From positions 90,001-122,000 of the forward strand of contig NZ_JAQFIQ010000001.1 of assembly GCF_029504745.1 (NCBI RefSeq): a stretch of 32,000 nucleotides of DNA. Direction: 5' to 3'. Origin of the DNA: Breznakia sp. PF5-3 (lineage in GTDB: Bacteria > Bacillota_I > Bacilli_A > Erysipelotrichales > Erysipelotrichaceae). Shown piece after piece: positions 18,780 through 30,763 of the stretch. The notes beneath the pieces are model-generated. The model was not told the DNA's origin. It did not search any database and worked only from the letters and a program-made list of their open reading frames with translations. Numbering within the stretch: the stretch's first letter is position 1; every line of letters begins with the position of its first letter. The position numbers and the translations under genes were made by a program.

Positions 18780-20951
18780 GTGAATATATTGGATTTATTA
18801 AATGGACTGAACAAGCAACAATTAGAAGCTGTAAAAACAACGGATCATCATTTGCGTATCGTTGCAGGTGCTGGTAGTGGAAAAACACGAGTTATTACAA
18901 CAAGAATTGCATATTTGATTGAGGAAAAGCATGTTGCTCCTTATCGAATTTTAGCTATTACTTTTACGAATAAAGCTGCAAACGAAATGAAAGTAAGAGT
19001 TGAGAACTTTCTTAACGTAACTAGATCTGGTGTCCTTATTTCTACGATCCACTCTTTGTGTGTGCGCATTTTAAGAGAAGAAATTCGACATTTTAATTAT
19101 CCCCAAAATTTTGTAATTTTAGATGGTGATGATCAAAAGAGTATTTTAAGAGAAATTTATAAGAAGCATAATATTGAAGTAAAGACATTATCTTTTAATC
19201 ATGCACTATCTTATATTTCAAATAATAAGTGTGCTTTTATCCGTGCGGATAAAGCCATGCAAATGGTATCTTATGAATTTGAGAAGCTAATGGCTACTGT
19301 TTATAAAGACTATGAAAAGAAATTAGAAGATATGCAAGCGCTTGATTTTGATGATTTGCTAATCTTTGTAAATCGCTTATTTAAAGAGAATAGTGAAGTA
19401 CGTGATAAATGGCAAAGCCGTTTTGATTATATCCATGTAGATGAATTTCAAGATGTCGATGAAATTCAATATGGAATTATTAAAAATTTAATTGCTCCAT
19501 CTGCATATTTGTGTGTAGTTGGAGACCCTGACCAAACGATTTATACATGGAGGGGGGCTAAAGTTGATATTATTATGAATTTTGAAAAAGACTTCCCAAA
19601 TTGTGAAAGTATTATTTTGAATGAAAATTATCGTTCTACGAAAAGTATATTAAAAGGTGCTAATGCATTGATTAGAAATAATCAATTTCGTGTCGAAAAA
19701 GATTTATTTACTAATAATGATGAAGACTACAAAATCAATTTCTATGAGAGTCAGGATGAACGTTATGAAGCATTGTGGATTGCCAAAAAGATTGTATCCT
19801 TAAAAGAAGAAGGGGTTCCATACCATGAAATTGCAATCTTATATCGTTCAAATTATCTATCGCGCAACCTTGAGAAAGTTTTGTTAGAAGCTCACATCCC
19901 TTATCGTATTTATGGAGGTGTGAAATTCTTTGAACGAGCAGAAATAAAAGATGCTTTATCATACTTGCGTTTATTAGTGGAAAACTCAAAAAGTATGAGT
20001 GAGTTAGCGATTAAACGAATTCTTAATGTTCCTCGTCGTGGGGTTGGACCAAAAACAATGGAAACGATTGATTTGTTAGCTGATGCGAATAAAGAAGACT
20101 ACTTTGATGTATTGAGTAAATATGCTGTTGCAAAAGGGAAAACGCAACGAAATATCGAAGAATTTGTTGCTTTGATTTCAAAATATCGTTCTGAAAAAAG
20201 TACATATTCAATTTCTATTATATTGAAAAAGCTTTTAGAAGAAAGTGGTTACTTAAAAGCTTTGGAAATTGCAAATGAGACAGAACGCTTAGAAAATGTT
20301 AATGAATTGATTCATGATATTGAAAATTATGAAGAAAATAATCCAGAAGGATCTTTGGACGATTATTTACAGATGATTTCTTTGTATACAGATACACAAG
20401 ATGAAGAATTCAAAGATAGCATTCAATTGATGAGTGTTCATGCTGCAAAAGGTTTGGAGTTTGATTGTGTCTTTGTATATAGTGTCAGTGAAGGTATTTT
20501 CCCTAATGAAAGAAGTGTAAACGAAGGGGGAAGACATGCTTTAGAAGAAGAGAGAAGACTTGCTTATGTTGCTTTCACAAGAGCCAAAAAACAATTGTTT
20601 TTAACTAGTTCAGCTGGATATTCATATGTTACACAACGAATGAAAAGTGCATCACGCTTTATAAAAGAACTGGGAGAAGATGTTGTTAACCGTGAAGGAG
20701 AAATATTTAATCCTTATCCAAACAAACAAAGTGTTGATAAAGGGGAAAAGCAATACGATGGAACATCATCTATGAAGATGCCAACCAGCAAAAAGAAAGG
20801 TTCTATTCGCAAAGGTGATTTGATTCATCATGATGCCTTTGGTGAAGGGGTGGTTATTACTTTAAAAGATGGTGTCGCAACCATTGCCTTTGATAAAAAG
20901 TTTGGTATTAAAAAATTGGCCGCTAATCACCATATGATTACAAAGAAATGA
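18780..20951 (+). CDS. pcrA: ATP-dependent DNA helicase PcrA (UvrD/Rep superfamily 1)
   Basis: Walker A is AGAGSGKT. DEFQD and VGDPDQTIYTWRGA motifs are present. It shows pcrA-ligA synteny. The in-frame TTG at 18789 lies 6 nt after the SD GAGGTG (18777-18782) and may be the true start rather than the GTG at 18780. Confidence 0.95.
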   Translation: MNILDLLNGLNKQQLEAVKTTDHHLRIVAGAGSGKTRVITTRIAYLIEEKHVAPYRILAITFTNKAANEMKVRVENFLNVTRSGVLISTIHSLCVRILREEIRHFNYPQNFVILDGDDQKSILREIYKKHNIEVKTLSFNHALSYISNNKCAFIRADKAMQMVSYEFEKLMATVYKDYEKKLEDMQALDFDDLLIFVNRLFKENSEVRDKWQSRFDYIHVDEFQDVDEIQYGIIKNLIAPSAYLCVVGDPDQTIYTWRGAKVDIIMNFEKDFPNCESIILNENYRSTKSILKGANALIRNNQFRVEKDLFTNNDEDYKINFYESQDERYEALWIAKKIVSLKEEGVPYHEIAILYRSNYLSRNLEKVLLEAHIPYRIYGGVKFFERAEIKDALSYLRLLVENSKSMSELAIKRILNVPRRGVGPKTMETIDLLADANKEDYFDVLSKYAVAKGKTQRNIEEFVALISKYRSEKSTYSISIILKKLLEESGYLKALEIANETERLENVNELIHDIENYEENNPEGSLDDYLQMISLYTDTQDEEFKDSIQLMSVHAAKGLEFDCVFVYSVSEGIFPNERSVNEGGRHALEEERRLAYVAFTRAKKQLFLTSSAGYSYVTQRMKSASRFIKELGEDVVNREGEIFNPYPNKQSVDKGEKQYDGTSSMKMPTSKKKGSIRKGDLIHHDAFGEGVVITLKDGVATIAFDKKFGIKKLAANHHMITKK

Positions 20952-20954
20952 TAG

Positions 20955-24063
<3,109 letters not shown>

Positions 24064-24072
24064 GGGGTACTT

Positions 24073-24366
24073 ATGGAAATGTATAGCAATGAATATTTTA
24101 AAAAGTTAGCAAATCAAATTATGTTTGATTTAAGCGATGAAGAAATTGTTAGTTTAAAAGCAGATTTTGAAATTATGCTTCAACAAATGGAACTGTTGAA
24201 TAAAATTGATACAGATGGTATTACCGAAATGGTATATCCTTTTGAGGATGAAACATATTTTCTTCGTGAAGATAAAATTAATCATGTTTTGTCACAAGAG
24301 GATGCACTTGAAAATGCGCCTGAAACAAAAGATGGGCAAATTGTTGTTCCAAAGGTGGTGAAATAA
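24073..24366 (+). CDS. gatC: Glu/Asp-tRNA amidotransferase subunit C
   Basis: This 97-aa protein immediately precedes gatA with a TAATG stop/start overlap. Its size and position are typical of gatC. Confidence 0.88.
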   Translation: MEMYSNEYFKKLANQIMFDLSDEEIVSLKADFEIMLQQMELLNKIDTDGITEMVYPFEDETYFLREDKINHVLSQEDALENAPETKDGQIVVPKVVK

Positions 24367-25781
24367 TGCGTATTGATGATTATAAGCAAGGTAATCTTGA
24401 AAAGGTTGTAGAAGCTGGAGAAAAAGCAAAAGCTTCTCAGGAACGCTTAAATGCGGTTGTCAGCTTTTGTGATATAGAAGAACAAATCAAAGATTATAAA
24501 CATACACAAAGTGATTTATTATTTCAAACACCTGTTGCATTGAAAGATAATATAAATACCAAAGGAACCCGTACAACAGCATCAAGTCGAATACTGGATA
24601 ATTACATTCCTGTTTATAATGCAACTATTGTTGATAAATTGAAAGCGGCAGGAGCTGTTTTTGTTGCGAAAACGAGCATGGATGAATTAGGAATGGGTGG
24701 AACTAATTTAAATGCATATACAGGAAAAGTAAATAATCCTTGGGATTTACAACGTATTTCAGGTGGGAGTAGTGGAGGAAGCGCTGCACTTGTAGCAGAA
24801 GGTGTTGTACCATTAGCCATTGGTAGTGATACTGGTGATAGTGTAAGAAAGCCAGCTGCATATTGTGGGGTGGTAGGTCTTAAACCTACTTATGGTAGAA
24901 TTTCGCGTTATGGGATAATTCCATATGCTTCAAGTTTAGATCATGTTGGTTTATTTACTACAACAATTAAAGATGCTGCTACTGCTCTTGAGGTATTAGC
25001 AGGCCGTGATGATAACGATATGACAACTTCTTATAAACCAGTCGAAAAATATAGTTCTTTACTAAATAGTGATTTGCAAGGAAAACGTATTGGGGTCATT
25101 AAGAATGTTATGGATGCAATTGAAGATAAAACAATTCAAGAAACCTTTAAACAGTTATTAGACAAATTAGAAAGTCGTGGTGCAATTATTGAAGATGTTG
25201 TATTTGATACAGATCTAATGAATGCTTTATTACCAACTTATTATGTTATATCCAATGCTGAAGCAACTGCCAATCATTCCAATTTAGATGGGATTCGTTT
25301 TGGTGTTCGTGAAGATGGAGATGATCTTACTTCTATCATGATCAACTCTAGAACAAAAGGCTTTAGTAGTGAGGTAAGAAAAAGGTTTGTTATTGGATCA
25401 TATTCTTTGTTTACTGAAAATCAAGATAAGATTTTTAGAAAAGCACAAAAAGTTAGACGAAGAATTGTTGATGCATTAAAAGAAAAACTTGCTTCTTATG
25501 ATGTTTTATTAGCAAGTGCTGCTGGATCTATAGCACCATATCCTGATGAATCTTATGGTGAAAAATTAAGTGCTACATATTTAGTTGCTGAAAACCATAT
25601 GTTGCTAGGAAATTTTAGTGGATATCCATCCATTACTGTTCCCAATGCTATTGTTGATGGAATGCCAGTTGCTGTAAATCTATTAGCAAAACCATTTGAA
25701 GAAACATTGATGCTTTCCATTGCGAAAGCAATTGAAGAAGAATGTGGCTTAGAAGGGTATTGTAGGGAGGTAAGTGAATAA
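24366..25781 (+). CDS. gatA: Glu/Asp-tRNA amidotransferase subunit A
   Basis: The amidase signature is GGSSGGSAALVA...GSDTGDSVRKPA. The gene lies in the gatCAB operon context. Confidence 0.96.
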   Translation: MRIDDYKQGNLEKVVEAGEKAKASQERLNAVVSFCDIEEQIKDYKHTQSDLLFQTPVALKDNINTKGTRTTASSRILDNYIPVYNATIVDKLKAAGAVFVAKTSMDELGMGGTNLNAYTGKVNNPWDLQRISGGSSGGSAALVAEGVVPLAIGSDTGDSVRKPAAYCGVVGLKPTYGRISRYGIIPYASSLDHVGLFTTTIKDAATALEVLAGRDDNDMTTSYKPVEKYSSLLNSDLQGKRIGVIKNVMDAIEDKTIQETFKQLLDKLESRGAIIEDVVFDTDLMNALLPTYYVISNAEATANHSNLDGIRFGVREDGDDLTSIMINSRTKGFSSEVRKRFVIGSYSLFTENQDKIFRKAQKVRRRIVDALKEKLASYDVLLASAAGSIAPYPDESYGEKLSATYLVAENHMLLGNFSGYPSITVPNAIVDGMPVAVNLLAKPFEETLMLSIAKAIEEECGLEGYCREVSE

Positions 25782-27205
25782 TGAACTTTGAAGTAATTAT
25801 TGGAATTGAAATTCATTGTGAATTAAAGACAAAAACAAAAATGTTTTCTAGCGCTCCTGTAAGCTTTGCAGCTAAGCCCAATACTTGTACAAATGAAATT
25901 GATTTAGGGATGCCTGGAACTCTTCCATGTGTAAATCAAGAGGCGGTTAGAAGTTCTATTAAGGTCTGTCATGCACTTGAGTGCGAAATTGACCCATTGG
26001 TTCGCTTTGATCGTAAGAATTATTACTATTCGGATTTACCAAAAGGATTTCAAATTACACAACAGTTTTTTCCAATTGGGAAAAATGGAGAAATCATGAT
26101 TAATACAGATGATGGTGAGAAAATTATTCGTATCAATCGTATTCATATGGAAGAAGATACTGCAAAACAATTTCACCATGATGATGGCTCTTATTTAGAT
26201 TTCAATCGTGCAGGAACACCATTGATTGAAATTGTTACAGAACCGGATATGCGAAATGGTAAAGAAGCTGCTGCTTATGTAGAAAAGATTCGTAACATTT
26301 TGTATTACCTTGGTGTAAGTGATGTGAAGATGGAAGAAGGATCTTTACGTTGTGATGTAAATATCTCTTTACGCCCTTATGGTAGTGATACATTGGGGGC
26401 AAAAAGTGAAATTAAAAACTTGAATTCAATTAGTAATGTTCAAAAAGCAATTGAATACGAAATTGATAGACAAAATAAAGTCTTATTATCTGGTGGTACA
26501 ATTGATCAAGCTACTTTACGATATGATGAAACTGCAAGAAAAACCGTTTTGATGAGAAAAAAAGAAGGGGATGTTGATTATAAATATTTCCCTGAACCAA
26601 ATATTTTTCCAATTCGTTTAAAAGAAGATTTTATCTCATCTATTATCGAGCAGTTAGACGAACTACCAGATCAAAGAAAGCATACATATATTCATTCATA
26701 TGGTTTAAATGAATATGATGCTCAGCAAATTGTTGCAAATAAAGAGTTATCTGACTTTTACAATAAAGTAGTAACAAATACAAAAGAATATAAATTGGCA
26801 GCAAATTGGATATTAGGGGAAGTAAGTGCTTTTCTTAATAAAGAAAATATTGCAATTGATCAAAGTTCTATTATCCCTGAAGAGTTGGCAATAATGATTG
26901 ACATGATTGTGAAAAAGGAAATTTCAGGAAAACAAGCGAAAGAAGTTTTTGAAGAAATTGTACTTGGAAAAAAAGCAAAAGAGGTTGTAAAAGCCAAAGG
27001 AATGGAACAAGTAAGCGATGAAAATGCCATTTTGGATTTTGTTATAAATGTACTAGATGCAAACCCTCAATCAATTGAGGATTATAAAAATGGAAAAGAT
27101 CGTGCTGTAGGTTTCTTGGTTGGTCAAGTTATGAAATTATCCAAAGGACAAGCAAACCCAGCGATAACAAATAAGTTAATAGTTGAGGAATTGAAGAAAA
27201 GATAG
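25781..27205 (+). CDS. gatB: Glu/Asp-tRNA amidotransferase subunit B
   Basis: The N-terminus is MNFEVIIGIEIHCEL. RIHMEEDTAK and a C-terminal YqeY-like tail are present. It shares a TAATG overlap with gatA. Confidence 0.96.
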   Translation: MNFEVIIGIEIHCELKTKTKMFSSAPVSFAAKPNTCTNEIDLGMPGTLPCVNQEAVRSSIKVCHALECEIDPLVRFDRKNYYYSDLPKGFQITQQFFPIGKNGEIMINTDDGEKIIRINRIHMEEDTAKQFHHDDGSYLDFNRAGTPLIEIVTEPDMRNGKEAAAYVEKIRNILYYLGVSDVKMEEGSLRCDVNISLRPYGSDTLGAKSEIKNLNSISNVQKAIEYEIDRQNKVLLSGGTIDQATLRYDETARKTVLMRKKEGDVDYKYFPEPNIFPIRLKEDFISSIIEQLDELPDQRKHTYIHSYGLNEYDAQQIVANKELSDFYNKVVTNTKEYKLAANWILGEVSAFLNKENIAIDQSSIIPEELAIMIDMIVKKEISGKQAKEVFEEIVLGKKAKEVVKAKGMEQVSDENAILDFVINVLDANPQSIEDYKNGKDRAVGFLVGQVMKLSKGQANPAITNKLIVEELKKR

Positions 27206-27248
27206 TAAAATATACTAGAGATTTCTAAATCATTATAAGGAGTAGTGT

Positions 27249-27869
27249 ATGGCGTTAAAGAAAAAGAAATTAAAAACACCAAAAAATACTGGACAAAAGA
27301 AAACTAACAAGAGAAGACCAAATTGGATATTGCGTTTTACACTTATCGTCATCGCAGTTCCTTTAATTATCTTAGCTTGGGTTTTAATGACCTCTTTAGA
27401 AACATCGGGTGAACCAGTTGTTGGAAATCGTTTTGATAACCAATTGGATCCTGCAATTACTGAAAAAAAAGTAGATGAATTAAAAGGGAAGTTTACATAT
27501 GCTGAAGCTGAAAATGTAGAAGTAAATTTAAAAAGTGCTACTTTAAGAATTACCATTGATGTAGCTGATGCAACTACGGATGAGCAAATTACAGCAATTA
27601 TGAATGATGTATACGCAAAGGTAGATGAAACACTACCAATTGCTACGTATTTCACAAATAAAAAAGCAGTAAAAATGTACGATCTTGAAATAAATGTATA
27701 TAATTATATACCTGATGATACAAATAGAGCTGGATATATTTATCATCTTTTAACAAAAAATGCTGGAAATGATGGACCAGAACATTCAATTCCATCACAA
27801 CCAAAAAATCAATCTACAGCAGATGATTTAAAGAAAGCACCTAAAAAAGGAGAACAAGTCGGACAATAG
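27249..27869 (+). CDS. Hypothetical membrane-anchored protein with a basic N-terminus and one TM helix
   Basis: The SD AAGGAG (27237-27242) precedes the ATG. The N-terminus MALKKKKLKTPKNTGQKKTNKRRPNW is followed by the hydrophobic FTLIVIAVPLIILAWVLMTSL and a soluble part of about 150 aa. I recognise no family. Confidence 0.7.
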   Translation: MALKKKKLKTPKNTGQKKTNKRRPNWILRFTLIVIAVPLIILAWVLMTSLETSGEPVVGNRFDNQLDPAITEKKVDELKGKFTYAEAENVEVNLKSATLRITIDVADATTDEQITAIMNDVYAKVDETLPIATYFTNKKAVKMYDLEINVYNYIPDDTNRAGYIYHLLTKNAGNDGPEHSIPSQPKNQSTADDLKKAPKKGEQVGQ

Positions 27870-27879
27870 TCCGATTTTT
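27859..27879 (+). terminator. Rho-independent terminator spanning the stop codon of the preceding gene
   Basis: TCGGAC (27859-27864) pairs with GTCCGA (27869-27874) around a 4-nt loop, followed by T5 at 27875-27879. The TAG stop at 27867-27869 lies across the loop/stem junction. Confidence 0.7.
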
Positions 27880-29212
27880 GTTATTAAATATGATGAAAAA
27901 AAATGATATTTATGAAGGTACATGTAGTGATTATACATATGATGGTCTTGGGATTGTAAAAGTTGATGGTTTTTCAGTATTTGTTAAGAATGTCATTATT
28001 GGTGAAACTATTTTATTTAAACTCATTAAAATAAAGAAAAATTATGGCTATGGACGTATAATTGAGATTAAAAACCCCTCCATACACCGCACAACACCAT
28101 TCTGTGAGTATTTTGGAAAATGTGGGGGGTGTCAATTACAGCATATGGATTTAGAAGCGCAAAATGAATTAAAAGAAAATATAGTCATCAATAATATTCG
28201 CAGAATTGCTCATAGTGATGCTGAAGTTAAACCAATACTCAATGGACAGCCAAGAGCATATCGTAACAAGGCACAATTTCCATTAACAGCAAATCCATAC
28301 GCTCTTGGCTTTTATCGTATTCATTCAAATGAAATTGTTGATATTACTATGTGTCCTATACAAAGTGACAAGATAAATACACTATATCAATACCTGAGAT
28401 TACATTTAAAATCAACTTCTTTTGTATCTAAATTACGTCATATACTTATTAAACATGCATTTCATACAGATGAGATCATGTTGGTATTTATCGCTAGTGA
28501 TAACATACAAAATAGTATGGAAGAATTTATAAACAAACTAACAAAAGAACAGAATATTACTAGTGTTATTTTAAATGTAAACCGCTCTACAAATAATGTA
28601 ATTCTGGGAAATGAAGAACATTTACTTTTTGGTAGTAATACGATCAATGAATCGCTAATGGGATATACCTTTCAAATTGCTTCCAAATCGTTTTATCAAG
28701 TCAACCCAGAGCAGACAAAGGTTTTGTACGAGAAAGTATTAGAGTATGCAAATATCACTAAAAATGACACTGTAATTGATTTATACTGTGGAGTAGGAAG
28801 TATATCTTTATTTCTTGCGAAATCAGCAAAGCAGGTAATTGGGATTGAAATCGTTGAAGATGCGATTACAAATGCAAAAGCAAATGCGAAAATGAATCAT
28901 ATTAATAATATTGAATTTGTATGTAGTGATGCTGGTACATATGCTGAATATATGGTAGCGAATAATATTACTGCAAATATTGTTGTTCTAGATCCACCAA
29001 GAAAAGGATGTGATGATAAAACAATTCAAAGTGTTATTAAGATGCACCCTGAACGTATTGTTTATGTATCTTGTAATCCTGCTACACTAGCAAGAGATAT
29101 TGAAAAATTTGAACAATTTGATTATAAATGTACCATCGTACAACCCGTTGATATGTTTCCACATACATTTCATGTGGAAACGGTCTGCTTGATGTCTAGG
29201 AAAGAGAAATAA
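27878..29212 (+). CDS. rlmD: 23S rRNA (uracil-C5)-methyltransferase, RlmD/RumA family
   Basis: It has an N-terminal TRAM-like domain. The [4Fe-4S] cysteines are CEYFGKCGGCQLQH plus MCPIQ. The SAM site is DLYCGVGSISL, LDPPRKG is present, and the catalytic motif is YVSCNPATLARD. The start is uncertain (TTG at 27878, or ATG at 27890 or 27893) and no clear SD is visible. Confidence 0.9.
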   Translation: MLLNMMKKNDIYEGTCSDYTYDGLGIVKVDGFSVFVKNVIIGETILFKLIKIKKNYGYGRIIEIKNPSIHRTTPFCEYFGKCGGCQLQHMDLEAQNELKENIVINNIRRIAHSDAEVKPILNGQPRAYRNKAQFPLTANPYALGFYRIHSNEIVDITMCPIQSDKINTLYQYLRLHLKSTSFVSKLRHILIKHAFHTDEIMLVFIASDNIQNSMEEFINKLTKEQNITSVILNVNRSTNNVILGNEEHLLFGSNTINESLMGYTFQIASKSFYQVNPEQTKVLYEKVLEYANITKNDTVIDLYCGVGSISLFLAKSAKQVIGIEIVEDAITNAKANAKMNHINNIEFVCSDAGTYAEYMVANNITANIVVLDPPRKGCDDKTIQSVIKMHPERIVYVSCNPATLARDIEKFEQFDYKCTIVQPVDMFPHTFHVETVCLMSRKEK

Positions 29213-29360
29213 ATAGCGAAGTGTTGCGTATTTACTGGATTTTTTTGAGATTAGGCAATAGTTCATGAAAGTCCGTATTTCTTATTTTGAAACATATCTA
29301 CTGCAAAAACGGTCAGAGTGTTTAGGCAGTGGATTAGATGTTATAGAAGGAGGCGTTTTC

Positions 29361-30134
29361 ATGGAATTTGATTTGAGAACTTGTGATGCAGCATACAACT
29401 TCGTTCTTGATTTTATGGGTATGACTCCTGATGAGTACATCACAGAGAGTATTATAAATTGTGAGAATGACTTTGAGACATTTTGGAGCCGGAATATTAA
29501 ACGAATAAAATCAATTGATATTTCTGGGGTGAGGCTGATGGCATTTCATGTTGTAGGTTCAATTGATGAATGTTGCGAGATTAAAGAAAATGGTTTGATG
29601 AATTTACAAAGTGTTCTTTCGGAAGAAACCATCTTAAAGAAGCTATTAGAAAAAACAGGTGTCATATTTGATATTCCAAATAAGCTCGTGAGCTGTAAAG
29701 AGAATAATTATGACATTGATTATGAGAAATACAAAGGCCATCATTTCTTGACAGGAATGGATGAAAAGTTATACCGTGTTGCTCATCGAGTTTATTATGA
29801 TTTTTGTGTAAATGGATTCATGGCTAATGATAATGTGTTCAATTATGGTACTAACATTCACGAAAGGCCTGAATTCTTAATGACACTCGGAGAATTATTT
29901 CCGCAGGCAGAAAAAGTTGAAAGTTTCTGGAAAACAAAAGCTAAGAGTTATAGAGTTGACTTCTATGCGACCATTGACCAAGTTCACCGATTCAATTTTG
30001 AACTTGATGAGTATAGAGACCCTCCTTACGAGGATTGGGTTGACCTTGATGATGATATGAAACTTAAAAAATGGATGTTATCACACATTATTGATAGAGC
30101 GCATGGCGATTTGGGCATACAATTTTATATATAA
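29361..30134 (+). CDS. Hypothetical soluble acidic protein, unassigned family; gene A of the terminal cassette
   Basis: An ATG at 29361 lies 7 nt after a perfect SD GAAGGAGG (29346-29353). The track start at 29265 has no SD. The product is 257 aa with no hydrophobic segment and is rich in D/E/F/Y. I recognise no motif. Confidence 0.7.
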   Translation: MEFDLRTCDAAYNFVLDFMGMTPDEYITESIINCENDFETFWSRNIKRIKSIDISGVRLMAFHVVGSIDECCEIKENGLMNLQSVLSEETILKKLLEKTGVIFDIPNKLVSCKENNYDIDYEKYKGHHFLTGMDEKLYRVAHRVYYDFCVNGFMANDNVFNYGTNIHERPEFLMTLGELFPQAEKVESFWKTKAKSYRVDFYATIDQVHRFNFELDEYRDPPYEDWVDLDDDMKLKKWMLSHIIDRAHGDLGIQFYI

Positions 30135-30211
30135 AAGATGATGTGATAATTCCGGTAAATCAAATTATTGATATTTCAGAATTATAAAAGCATATAAAAG
30201 GCGGTGTGATT

Positions 30212-30763
30212 ATGGGTGAATATGTAAAAAAGAAAAAATACATGGTATTCCAAAGTGTAGAATCACTTCAGCAAGCTGTTAATGTTCTAAATGATGCGGC
30301 AGCTGCGGTAAATGATAAATCACGTACAATTAGAGAAAGCGCAATCCCTGAAGTGCTTGCAGGAGTATTAGGTGCTGGTATTGGCGGAGTAGGTTCTTTT
30401 GCTGCACTTTACGGGTTGGGTTCTGTTGTAGGATTATCAGCAGCAGGTATAACATCAGGACTTGCTGCAGCAGGTAGCATTGTTAGCGGCGGTATGGTTG
30501 CAGGTGTATTCGTACTTGCAGCACCTGTAGCAGCCCTTGCAGCAGCAGGAGTAGGATTTGCTACACACTTAAAAAATAAACAGTTAAGACAAGAAAAAGA
30601 ACGTTTGTATAAAGAAGCTTTGAAAAAGCATGAAGCAATTATTCAAGCTTTGAAATCTGAGGTTGATGCTGATAAAGAGCGTCTCGATTACTTACAGAGC
30701 TTAAATATTCTTCTTACGCAAATAATAAAAGACTTAAAGAAGGATTTGGGTAAGGCGGCATGA
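30212..30763 (+). CDS. Hypothetical glycine-zipper membrane protein with a C-terminal coiled coil; gene B of the terminal cassette
   Basis: An ATG at 30212 lies 7 nt after the SD AAGGCGG (30198-30204). A 73-residue uncharged core (nt 30350-30568) contains 17 Gly and 18 Ala. A K/E/L-rich heptad-like tail of about 64 aa follows. Confidence 0.8.
   Translation: MGEYVKKKKYMVFQSVESLQQAVNVLNDAAAAVNDKSRTIRESAIPEVLAGVLGAGIGGVGSFAALYGLGSVVGLSAAGITSGLAAAGSIVSGGMVAGVFVLAAPVAALAAAGVGFATHLKNKQLRQEKERLYKEALKKHEAIIQALKSEVDADKERLDYLQSLNILLTQIIKDLKKDLGKAA

Noticed and set aside
27233-27655. A 140-aa hydrophobic minus-strand ORF competes with the plus-strand ORF at 27249-27869.
   Set aside because: The plus-strand ORF has an AAGGAG SD, runs in the same direction as its neighbours, is longer, and ends in a terminator. 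The minus-strand ORF has no SD. Its hydrophobicity is the mirror of the Lys/Glu-rich plus-strand codons.
29265-29360. A 32-codon N-terminal extension of gene A (MKVRISYFETYLLQKRSECLGSGLDVIEGGVF) is given by the ORF track.
   Set aside because: No SD precedes 29265, whereas the internal ATG at 29361 has a perfect GAAGGAGG at 7-nt spacing. The extension would also make the SD itself coding sequence.
30135-30211. There is a possible internal promoter for gene B (TTGATA at 30168-30173 with downstream TATAAA-like hexamers).
   Set aside because: Spacer lengths are wrong: 19 nt to TATAAA, and only a weak CATATA at 17 nt. The candidate -10 would also overlap the gene B SD. It is not supportable.
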